Below are positions 1 to 10,337 of a stretch of DNA of 64,000 nt, in pieces. The stretch covers positions 1-64,000 of the forward strand of contig JBDOQK010000039.1 in NCBI GenBank assembly GCA_040437565.1. The letters are read 5' to 3'. A model generated the notes under the pieces. That model was not told where the DNA came from, searched no databases, and saw only the letters and a list, made by a program, of their open reading frames with translations. Each line of letters starts with the position of its first letter. Position 1 is the stretch's first letter. Both the position numbers and the translations under genes were made by a program. The stretch comes from Albugo candida (lineage: Eukaryota).

Positions 1-77
1 ACCCTAAACCCTAAAACCCTAAACCCTAAAACACTAAACACTAAACACTAAACACTAAACACTAAACCCTAAACCCT
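1..77 (-). repeat. Telomeric repeat array (TTTAGGG / TTTTAGGG / variant TTTAGTG on the minus strand)
   Basis: Read directly at the window start: CCCTAAA, CCCTAAAA, CCCTAAA, CCCTAAAA, five CACTAAA (32-66), CCCTAAA, CCCT. The C-rich strand at the 5' end is as expected for a left chromosome end. Confidence 0.95.
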
Positions 78-3000
78 TCCGAAGTTTCCAATTTTGGCAC
101 TGCTAATCAACATTAAAAACACCTCTCAAGAAAACGGGGAGCTCACACTTTCAAAATGGTCTTCTTTAGGTTCAAATCTGTAACACATGATACGTGAAGA
201 AAGTGTATGAATGATCTTAGTATACTGAAAAGCGATGCCCGAGAAAAATACATCCATCACACGTCCCGTAAGCTCCACTATAAAGCTGTTAGCAATAAAC
301 ATGCGCNNNNNNNNNNNNNNNNNNNNNNNNNNNNNNNNNNNNNNNNNNNNNNNNNNNNNNNNNNNNNNNNNNNNNNNNNNNNNNNNNNNNNNNNNNNNNN
401 NNNNNNACGGGGAGCTCACACTTTCAAAATGGTCTTCTTTAGGTTCAAATCTGTAACACATGATACGTGAAGAAAGTGTATGAATGATCTTAGTATACTG
501 AAAAGCGATGCCCGAGAAAAATACATCCATCACACGTCCCGTAAGCTCCACTATAAAGCTGTTAGCAATAAACATGCGCATTTCGAAAACGCGATTCGTG
601 AGGCTGAGAGGTTTGACTTTTTCGCCTTAAAACGGTTTACAGGTCAAGTTATATTCTTTTGTATTTTATAGGCACCTTCGATCGATACTTCCGGTATTCT
701 CCACGACCGTAGAGTCATTAAAACGATCGCCATAGCTATTTGCGAGGTACCAAAGATTACAAATGGAATTAAAGAGATCGTGAGTGGTTGCTGTCAACAT
801 CAAGGCGATGACCTGCGGTAGTACTCTGTGATATCTTTTCAGACGCTCTCGTGTCCTCAGTTGACTTGGTGCATACGTATATCCAAAAAGGCAAACAAAT
901 GCAGAGGTGAACGATGACAATCCCACTTTTTATCTGCTATCAATCGTAGTATCCAAAAGAAAAGCACCATATTCTCATTCGGTTCTATCAATTAAGTGCA
1001 AGAGAGGGAAGTGCAGATCTCTTTTAAGCGTCCATTTTCGTTCATTTTTACAAGTGGGCAAGTGCGATAAAACAAGTCATCGTAATCTAAATGGACGGTT
1101 TGGTGGGATGTTGCTAGACGTCTCAAATCTTACGGTGTCGTCCGGTCTTCATTTTTACTAACTTTATAGAAGGACATATCGTGATAGTACTCGCGTTGGA
1201 AAGTGTCGAAGATGATCTGTATAAATCGATGAAAGTGATTCAGACATTCAGACTACTATTTATGGAGAAATGCATACGATAAACAAGTTCATTTTATGGT
1301 TAACAAGAAAGAATCAGCAGATTTTTATCTTTGACCACAATTCACTACATAGAACATTCTGTGTAAAGAAAGCAGCTATTTGCGGTCGTATTTGAATTCT
1401 ACTCAATAATTTCGCTCAGGAATATATATAAGCACACAAGGGAAACAGAGGTACAAGATGGATTTGTCTCGTATGTGCTACCAGAGTCTATATATCTTAT
1501 GTCACCTTGCTAGAGCATAAGTGGTCACACGGAAGCACTATAAAACAATGTAGAGTCATCGGCAAACTTGACTTTCAATTCTTTGATAGAATGCACGAAT
1601 CGGAAGCCGTGAAGACGACGAGAAACATTGCTTATGATCACAAGATGCGAACGTTTCGGAAAGCGTTACTTCTTGAGATGAGGAACAGTGTAGCGAAAAA
1701 GGCTATCCAACTGAGCTGGTGATACTAAAAAAAAACTGATCGACGTGTAAGATCATCCGAAAGCATGGATTATTTTCACGAAATCAAGCATGTGGTTGCT
1801 CATTCTGCACGAAATATTGACACAGAAGTTTGGATAATATTACATCTCTTCAAAAAAGAGATCGGTGAAGGTGCTTTGTATACATGATTGATACTCTCAA
1901 TGAATGGATGCCTTTTTCGCTTTTTCGCTTCCATTTCAAACGTTATCATCCGATTAAGGATGATATACGATTCCGTCTCCCAATTAACCAGTCAAGCGCT
2001 AATAGGGCTTTAGTTGGTTAAATTGGATATCTAGAAGAAGAGTAAACGGAAGAACGGAGGCGCCTGTTGATATCGATGTTTTTGAAGGCGCTCACTTTCC
2101 ATGCTTCCACAACGGAAGGAAAAATTAGCTGTTGATAAGAGATTGAAAAGCGCTTATGGATGTTTAAAGGAATCCTGTCGGTGGCTTGACCTGTTGCGAT
2201 AACGTAGAAATAGGTACAAAAAAATGTCTGCACTATGACAAAATGATTGATGAATTGGATATACCTGAACATTTAGCGCATCATGATCACTAAGGATAGA
2301 GTCACTTCTGTAGTCGACCAAGGAATAAGTCAACAGATGAACGCATCTCACGACAATCACTGAGAGGACCAATGCTATTTGGGTTATTCGTGGACATTGG
2401 CAACTATTAAAGTTCGATCAATTCTTATGAAAAACCAAATAGCACGTAGAATAAATCCACCGATAACAAAGCTTAATAATGAAGATATACCATTTGTGAA
2501 CGTAATGGCAAAAAGAAGTCATATTTATTTCTGGAACATTTTAGCGTCGTAATGAATGTTGAGAATTTGGCTAAATATTCTATATATAAAAAGCGAATAA
2601 AAATAAACAAAATAATGCAATAGCTGCAATTAATGCAAAGCCTAAAATAGCAGCTGCATTTGGATGATGTACAGGAATTCTACTGAACTCTTACATTGGG
2701 TCTTTATTCTCAACGAGCTTGTTGGATGTTAGCAACATAACGGATGCGCGGATAAAATCCGGATAGTTTCTAAAGGCGTAGATTAACTGTTACATGAGCT
2801 AAGGACCTAGTATTAGATATAAAGTACTTTCGAATTTTAGCTCGCTGGGTCTCGTTGGTTATAGAGATCGTCTACAGAGCTCTACCTGCTTTTTCTAATT
2901 TAATTTTTACGATATAGTGCAGGACATCTATAACCGTCAACTATTTGAGGGATCGTTCGAACTGTATCACAGCCAGCAGAATTTGGTTTGATCAAAATCT

Positions 3001-3328
3001 GGCTCTGTCACAGAGAACTAGAGATAGAAAGCTATAAGATTACAGAGCAGATTTATGTTTGGTTTATTTTTGGCAAAGATATGGGTTTTCTAAAACTGAG
3101 AGATTTATAGTGATTTGGCTCAAGCAGCATGATTTTGGCCGGCCCAAAAATGAACCCAAAAAATGGATAGCCAATCAGAGGACACCACATCTCACATTAT
3201 AGCCAATCAAATTGCTCAACGTCAAGCTAACCAACAGCGTATATAATCACTTAGCACCTGTATAAACAGTCGATCCCCGTTGCTATTAAATTACAGATAC
3301 AGTTCTTTTTAAACATCATGTGTAAAAT

Positions 3329-4044
3329 TCATTCATTAATTGCCCCAATCACGTTGCTGTCCACCATGACAGAGTTGGGGACTCGACGGTGGGATCGGTA
3401 TTTCTTCACGGCGTATTCAGCAGCCTTCCCCGTCAAATCCTTCCGATATACATCCATGTATCGAAAACGTTTCTGTGCATAGCGTCGAATGGTTTTGAGG
3501 GGGACGGGTTCCAGAGCCTCAGAAACTATTCTAACCAGGCCTTTCCAGCTGTAGTCGCAGTTTTTGCGAGCATAAACCTTGGCAGCAACCAAGAAGTTCT
3601 CAATGAAGTTTAACTCACAGTGAAACTTTGGATAAAATATTATCATGTGTCCAGCAGCAACGATTAGTTCTTCCAACATGCATTTTTGCTCCATGAAGTC
3701 ATGTTCGTGGTCAATCGTATATCTTGCACAGCACATTGTTAAGCCAAGGCACTTGTCATTGCAACGGAGGCGCATTCCATCTTTCCATGGTACACTCTCA
3801 GTTAAAATCACTTTCAATTACTTTGGCAGCCCTGAAAGAGATAGAAGGGGTTAAGAAACAGGATTCAATGGATAGCATTTCTACTTAATCGCTCTTTCAC
3901 CTCAAATAGTAACATCAGCATGAGTTTCAGTGAAACACATTGGATGAACTGTTCCATCTTCCATTCTCCCATTGCGCATCTTTGGCTGTTTTCCACCTGA
4001 TCCCAGATTCATTTTTTTCCCGACAAGGGCATCAGCAGCAAATG
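3329..4044 (-). pseudogene. Tc1/mariner-IS630-like DDE transposase, 3' part, degenerate and cut by a gap
   Basis: ORF 3329-3817 has CCAR..DFMEQK..LEELI..AGH.IIFYPKFHCELNFIENF..K.YARKNCDY..RYMDVYR..VKKYRSHRR. 3918-4044 encodes the ADAL..MNLGSGGKQPKMR segment. It is homologous to the copies at 6.1-8.2 kb and 15.7-16.6 kb. Confidence 0.85.
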
Positions 4045-4859
4045 NNNNNNNNNNNNNNNNNNNNNNNNNNNNNNNNNNNNNNNNNNNNNNNNNNNNNNNN
4101 NNNNNNNNNNNNNNNNNNNNNNNNNNNNNNNNNNNNNNNNNNNNAACTCCCCCTAGACCGGATACTTTACTGAAAGAGGATGTTCATGTGGCCAAAGCAA
4201 GCAAACATGTTCGATTCACCTTCAACGGAGACAGCATTCTTCACTTTGCCATGGACCATCCGATTGCACTGCATGGAGTGCTAAATCGTAGCATGAGGTC
4301 GAATGACCCATTCTTGGAGCAAGTGATTCGAATACACACCATAAACCGTATCCTTGTAGCATCCGAAATAAAGCACTCTAAGCTATAATTACTAGTTATG
4401 ATTGGCTAAAAAGAGTACCCTTATTTGTGTATATGTTTCAAGAAGCGGTTTTACAATATTAAGATTGGCTAGGTCTATATTTAAAATCACTGCTGCAGGT
4501 GTTGTTGGTGCTGTTTTTGCTACTTTGTATTTGCTGCACGATGACAGCAAGCTGGCCTTCGCAAGCAAGGTGAACAGATCAGATCACCTGCAATAAATGA
4601 ATTATCAGATAAATGTAACTGTTGCCAGCACAATTAACATACAACACAAATTACCTGTTGACACAGAGACCCATTTTTTTGAGAGCAGCATGGACGCTCT
4701 CCATCCAAAATGTTAGTACATGCCCATATGGCACTTATTGTGTAGGATAGCAAAAAAGCGCTCCTTCTAAACCACCCAAGTTATCTCAAGGTAGCTCATC
4801 GAAGCAGCGAAGGTGGCATGCATTGCTGAAAGTTGGGTCTGATGAGTTGAAGTGTGATT

Positions 4860-5040
4860 TTATTGTATTTAATTCCGTTGCATCTATTCAGACCAATCAG
4901 AGGCCCCGATTTCCATTAATTCATGAACTGGATAACATTTCTCCTAATTTTATTATATTTACTCTGTTATATTCATTTGAACCAAACAGACGCCACCAAT
5001 ATAATAATTTATGGAGGCTGGGGGCTGCTTAGCGGCTCCC
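4860..5040 (+). mobile_element. Orphan right-hand TIR of an older MULE element of the same family as 5050-5960
   Basis: Same-orientation degenerate copy of the 5760-5960 TIR (ATTCCGTTGCATCTATTCAGACCAATCAGAGGC...TTTATGGAGGCTG...CTCCC). It ends at 5040, immediately before TATATCTAT. Confidence 0.7.
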
Positions 5041-5049
5041 TATATCTAT

Positions 5050-5960
5050 GGGAATCATTATTCAGCACTCACCTTTTCTGTAATCAACACTCAGCCTCCA
5101 TAAATTAATGTCAGTTGTGGCCTCTGATTGGTTTAAACGAATATAAGAGAATAGATAGAAATAAATTACGGGAATCGTTAATCAGCCCCCACCCTTCATG
5201 AATTATTGGAAACCGTGGCCTCTGATTGTTCTGAATAAATGCAACGAAATGAAAAAATAAAATCAAAAAAACGCCGGTTTCTGCAAATTTTGTACTACTT
5301 AATCTAAGTCTGTATCTAAATCTACTACTGCAAGCGTTGCTGGTGCTTCTTGACGGCAGGTTCTGGTATTGTGACCTTTCTTTTGGCATTTTCGACGTCT
5401 TCGGCGATGCACAGGAGCATCCAAAGCAGCGCTAACATGCTCAAACTTCGAAGGAAGTCGCGCGTTGAGTGTGACTGCCATGACATAGCCTAGCAGCGCA
5501 CGCTTACGATGATTGAAAACATCCCCAAACTCGTCATTTATCCTCTTTAATGCTATCTCAATTCCAATTGGCATGGTCCCACCCTCAAAATGAACTGCCA
5601 TTGGCTGTACCAGCCACCAATGCTGATCCAAATTATTAGCATACAGCGGTATTACTTGGTGACGAAAAGCATGAGCTCAAAGATAGCCCATTGTAGATTC
5701 GTCAAGCCTACAGATAAATCGAAGTTGAGGGAGACGACAATGTGATCTATATATATATATTATTTATTCCGTTGCATCTATTCAGACCAATCAGAGGCTA
5801 TAATTGCCTTTGATTTATGGAGGGTGGGGGCTGAATAACAAATCCCGTAATTTTAAATTTTTTCAATCTGTTATACTTATTTTAAACAATCAGAGGCCAC
5901 TAATCTATTGTTTATGGAGGCTGAGTGCTAATTTAAGGTGAGTGCTGAATAACGATTCCC
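5050..5960 (-). mobile_element. Non-autonomous MULE (Mutator-like) deletion derivative with ~200-bp TIRs and a perfect 9-bp TSD
   Basis: Termini GGGAATCATTATTCAGCACTCACC (5050) and GGTGAGTGCTGAATAACGATTCCC (5960) are inverted. TATATCTAT flanks both sides (5041-5049, 5961-5969). The internal minus-strand remnant TMGYL*AH...DQHWWL...RKCQKKGHNTRTC resembles the SWIM-like and zinc-knuckle C-terminus of MULE transposases. Confidence 0.9.
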
Positions 5961-6103
5961 TATATCTATTTATAGTTTTTTGGGGGCGGACTTCTGATTG
6001 GGACCACAAACTCACGAAAAATAACCATAATAGAAATAAGTAGTGAATTCTTGAGATTATCATCGATGAATAAAATTTCAAATTCCGACGCTTTAAATCA
6101 ACC

Positions 6104-8203
6104 ATGCCACGTCTTGAAAAGCAAAGGAAGCACCTACGTGCAGCGTCAAAGGCAGCTACGGAAAGTAAGATCCAAAACCGTGGAGCGGATGAGGATGCTC
6201 ATCAACGAAATGGTGAAACAATTTTCCTGAACAGCAATAATTATTCTCATATAGTCAGTGAATTTGACAGTGAAAACGAAATAGAAAATGGCGTCGTACA
6301 TGCTGACACAGTCATCAGCAACATAGAGACAGCTGTTATTCTAATTCTGGCCAACAGCAATCGCCCCATGCGTTATGTTGGCAACTCGTTGCGTACATGC
6401 AGACGCAAGCGCGCGATGCTGAAGAAGGCTGCAACAGTCATAAACCATTGATATCGTACTGGCAGCCGAAGGCAACGGTTGTGGAAGTAGTTGGAGAGGA
6501 TGAGGTTGATGCGGAAAGCGAAGCGGATTATGAAGCTCACAGCGATGAGAATGGCGATGTACATAGCGTTTTGTGGTCAAACGTGGCTTTTAGCATGCTA
6601 ATTGAGAAGCTCACCAAGCTGGCATAGAAGGGAAAAGTGGAGAACCATGCGGCGCGTGCGCGTGCCTCTGCAAAACCTGCATACTTTCGCTTGATAAAAT
6701 GCAAAAGGAAAAGGATGGCAGCCAGCTCCCTTATCGCAGATGCATCTGGAAAGGGGGTATATTACGCAAAATTGAGGGTCTTAGCGTTTCTGAAAAATGG
6801 TTCTCTTCTTGTAAAGAGGCAAGGGACGCATTCCAAACGAAAAAACTTCCTTCATGATGAAGATTGAATTCTGCCTTTACAAAAGTACCTTTGTGAAAAC
6901 AAGTTCAAGGTGGAACTCGCTGTTTTGACTGAACATGCGAATACTAAGATCCTTGTGAGATTGGGGTTTGATCCTCGTCAACGATATCTGAGAGAATAAT
7001 GATGGGCTGGCTGAATGCCTTGAATAGAAAATACAGTGAGGTTCAAAAGGGCATCTATGATGATGGGCATGAAAGGGAAGGCGTCCTTGAATACCACCAT
7101 GAATTTCTCGAAAAAATGGAGCAGCTAGCACCGCAGATACCTATCATCACAACGAAAGGGGAAGATCGCGAAGGCGAAACAATTTGGCCATCAGCCAAAG
7201 TTCGACCACTTCTTTTGGTTACCCATGACGAAAGCAAGTTCTCCGCCAATGATGGTTTGAAACGCCTTTGGCTGTCGGATGGTGAATAGCCATTGCGTAA
7301 GAAATCAAAGGAAGAAATTATCATGTGAGCGAATTCTTGTGCCTAATCTAAGGACGTCTGGCATTGGATGAAGAAAAACGAGTGCGGTTTTCTGCGTTAC
7401 CAGAAGAAGCATGTGTTATCGTGCACCCTGGTGTCCAGCAAGATGGCTGGTGGGAATCAAAGGATCTTTATAATCAACTTCACGATCGAGCAATACCTAT
7501 ATTTGAGGCTTAATTTCCAGGCATGCAAGCACGTTTTCTCTTTGATAACGCCACAAGCGATGCTTCCTTTTCCGACAACGCTCTCCGTGCGAATCGAATG
7601 AACCTTAGTCCAGGTGTAAAATGTCCCTTATGCGGTCGATAACCTGGGGTGATGGATTTCATCAGGAGATGACTTTCCCGCAGTATGCAGATAAAAACCT
7701 TCGTGGAAAACCAAAGGGCATCAGAATTATTATCGAGGGACGCGGTCTTTGGCGTGCAGGACTGACGCTTTACTGCCGTGGAAAGTGTCCTCCAATGTTA
7801 CAAAAGTGCTGCGTAAGAAAATTCATCGCAAACCAGCCAGATTTTCCGCAACAGAAATGCGTGTTAGAGGAACTGATTGTGAGTTCTGGCCAGATGATAA
7901 TATTTTACTCAAAGCTTCATTGCGAGCTTAGTTTTATTGATAACTTTTGGGGTGCTGCCAAACGATACGCTCGCAAAAATTGCAATTATATCTGAGTTGG
8001 ATTGAAAGGGATAGTCCTAAAGGCATTGCAATCGGTAACTCTGGATGAGATATGCCACCAGTACCGAAAAGGCCCAACTGTATATGGACGTTTATCGCAA
8101 AGGATTAAGTGGTAAAGCCGCGGAATATACGGTCAAGAAATACCGTTCGCACCGACGTGTGCCGAACTCCATCCTGATGGACATAAACTGCCTTGCAGCA
8201 TGA
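6104..8203 (+). pseudogene. Near full-length, frameshifted Tc1/mariner-IS630-like DDE transposase
   Basis: Consecutive fragments across frames with stops and frameshifts: YDDGHEREGVLEY..FL, LVTHDESKFSAND, DGWW, AIPIFE, LFDNA, KPKGIRIIIEGRGLW, CCVRK..NQPDF, FYSKLHCELSFIDNFWGAAKRYAR, VKKYRSHRRVPN. Confidence 0.9.
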
Positions 8204-8284
8204 TATTGGATATATACTACAGTCCCGAAATGTTGCGCTCTCTCATTGGCTAGAGTATCTATATTATAAATAGGAGATAAGTAA

Positions 8285-9232
8285 GGGAATTGTCATGCTC
8301 ACTCCCTTTTTGGTCAAGTTCACCCCCTTTTTTAGTCAGGTGGTACACATTATTATACTATGTTTACTTTTTCCTTATATTTAGGGAACTGTTATATTCA
8401 GTCCCTTTTTAGTCAAGCGGCACACATTATTATACTATGTATACTTTTTATTTATACATAGGAAAAGCTATATTCACTCCTTTTCAAGTCACGTGACACA
8501 CATAGATAATTCGCAGCGAGGAGAAAGGCGCATTGAATACGCCGAGATGCTGTCTGTAGCTTCCGTTCTGATACTTGAGACAAATGTGCACCACCACGGT
8601 CACATTTCAAGCATGCATTTTTTTTCTGGTAGCCGAACGTTTGACAGTCATTGCGTATCCCTGGCGAGACGCCCATTTCTGTGCTGCGGAAAGCGATTTT
8701 TCACGGCTACCATATCCGGCCTCTTGGAGAGGTAGCATGTCTGGAGTGCTCATCGCGTCGGCGTTCTGTTATTGCGTGAATTACAGCATCTCTTTACATG
8801 CCGTTGTCGTTCGGTAGAAGCAATGTCTTCGATGTTGATGTCGAACACAAGTCGGTTGCATCCGCTGTATTGAGAAACAGAAAGTATGGCGTCAGTTACG
8901 ATTTGCCTCCGTTCTAGCATGACTGCCTTGCTTCAATGAGCGCTCTCTTTATGGTACCATTCTCACGCTGCAGTTAGAGTTGATGTAAGGTAACTCGTGG
9001 AGAGGGCAAAAGATTCTCTTATCTGAAGAGTAATCACGTAGACGTGAGTGAATTCAACCGAAAGCAAGTCAATATACCTTTTCTGGTCACGTGACGTATT
9101 AGGGAGTGAAAAGGAGTGAATATAACAATTGCCTAATTATAAGTAAAAAGTATACATAGTATACTTATGTGTACCACCTGACTCAAAAAGGGAGTGAATA
9201 TAACCAAAAAGGGAGTGAATATTACAATTCCC
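8285..9232 (-). mobile_element. Second non-autonomous MULE derivative (different TIR family) carrying a transposase N-terminal remnant
   Basis: Inverted termini GGGAATTGTCATGCTCACTCCCTTTTTGG (8285) and CCAAAAAGGGAGTGAATATTACAATTCCC (9232), with ~150-200 bp TIRs built of subrepeats. Flanks GATAAGTAA / TATAATTAA match at 7 of 9 bases (eroded TSD). Minus strand from ATG 8753 reads AQKWASRQGYAMTVKRS..(frameshift in a poly-A run)..LKCDRGG..TASRRIQCAFLL, a FAR1/MULE N-terminal DNA-binding motif. Confidence 0.85.
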
Positions 9233-9752
9233 TATAATTAAATGCGGCCAGATTTTCATCTCTTCATACACAAGCACGAAAATTCGCCAAACTTCAGCCT
9301 ACTACTACTTCGTTCACAATAAGATTAAAAACATCGGGCTCCACTGTAAGAAAGCCAAGTCAATGTGCTTTCAGTAAATGGATAGCATTCTGTTCTAGTT
9401 TGATTTTATTGTATTGATAGGAGTTCTTGTCCCTACAATTTATGGTCTGATTATGAGTGTCTTGCACTGTACTCTTCTCTATTAATCACTTGCCAGCCCA
9501 CGCCACCTCATTACAGATGTTCCAAAAAAGCGCACATATTACACATGTCTGTTCTGCTTTTACGGAATGTAGTAACGCATGCTCACAGTAGTAATCAGTG
9601 TAGTGCAGAAGTACCCGGAAAAAGCTGACGTCAACACCACCCACTTGTCTTCTTTGGTAGAATCTTCTCGCTTGACGTCCTCTCTACACACTCCTTCCAA
9701 CGATTCTGCCATTATCATATTTACGCTGAGCCTAAGATCAACCCCAATCTTC

Positions 9753-10337
9753 ATGAAGTATCTCCGATTCATCACCATGAGCCTCTCGCTGTCACATCAA
9801 GCGTTGGCCCGAATGTTCACGTATCAGAATGCACTGCCAACCAAGAGATCTGGCGATCTAGTAATTCGTACAAACGACGTCAAGGTTTGTAAACTTATCC
9901 TACACACAGATATCTTTGCCAGCAACGCATTCATTCAAACAAGATCTAAAGATCAGACACTGTGCACATTCACAAATGTCTCGATAAAGACTAATGTCCA
10001 AACAGCCCCCTCGCCTGGCTCCACTACGTACGTGGTGGATAAATCAAAGGACAACTGCTTGCCAGATGATGACTGCTCTAGCGCAAAATGCTGTGAAGGA
10101 TCTCAGTGCGTCGCTGACGTATGTCAATCAGTTTATAATCATCTGGTCGATGTCTCTTTCGGCGGTAAACTTATTTCGAGCTTCAAGGGGTCCACGAGCA
10201 TATCTGACTGCAATAATCGTTGCCACCAGTCTGAATTGTGCAACTATTTTACTATCAGGTCCACCGGATGTGAAGTTTATTCAAGTATAACGGATGTCAC
10301 TATAGATAAGAGTACATTTTCCGGGATCAAACAATGA
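9753..10337 (+). CDS. Small secreted Cys-rich protein with a PAN/Apple-like domain and a six-Cys knot (194 aa)
   Basis: From ATG 9753: signal-like MKYLRFITMSLSLSHQALA; central CLPDDDCSSAKCCEGSQCVADVC; C-terminal DVSFGGKLI...SISDCNNRCHQSELCNYFTIRSTGCEVYSS matches PAN/Apple Cys spacing. Single exon. Confidence 0.75.
   Translation: MKYLRFITMSLSLSHQALARMFTYQNALPTKRSGDLVIRTNDVKVCKLILHTDIFASNAFIQTRSKDQTLCTFTNVSIKTNVQTAPSPGSTTYVVDKSKDNCLPDDDCSSAKCCEGSQCVADVCQSVYNHLVDVSFGGKLISSFKGSTSISDCNNRCHQSELCNYFTIRSTGCEVYSSITDVTIDKSTFSGIKQ

Noticed and set aside
126-2400. Short ORFs next to the telomere, including a duplicated 126-581 ORF
   Set aside because: The duplication is a gap artifact, and no recognisable motif (helicase, reverse transcriptase, effector) was found.
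3123-4692. 9-bp direct repeat AGCAGCATG at 3123-3131 and 4684-4692 as a possible TSD
   Set aside because: No convincing TIRs inside the repeats, a gap lies between them, and Tc1-like elements normally duplicate TA.
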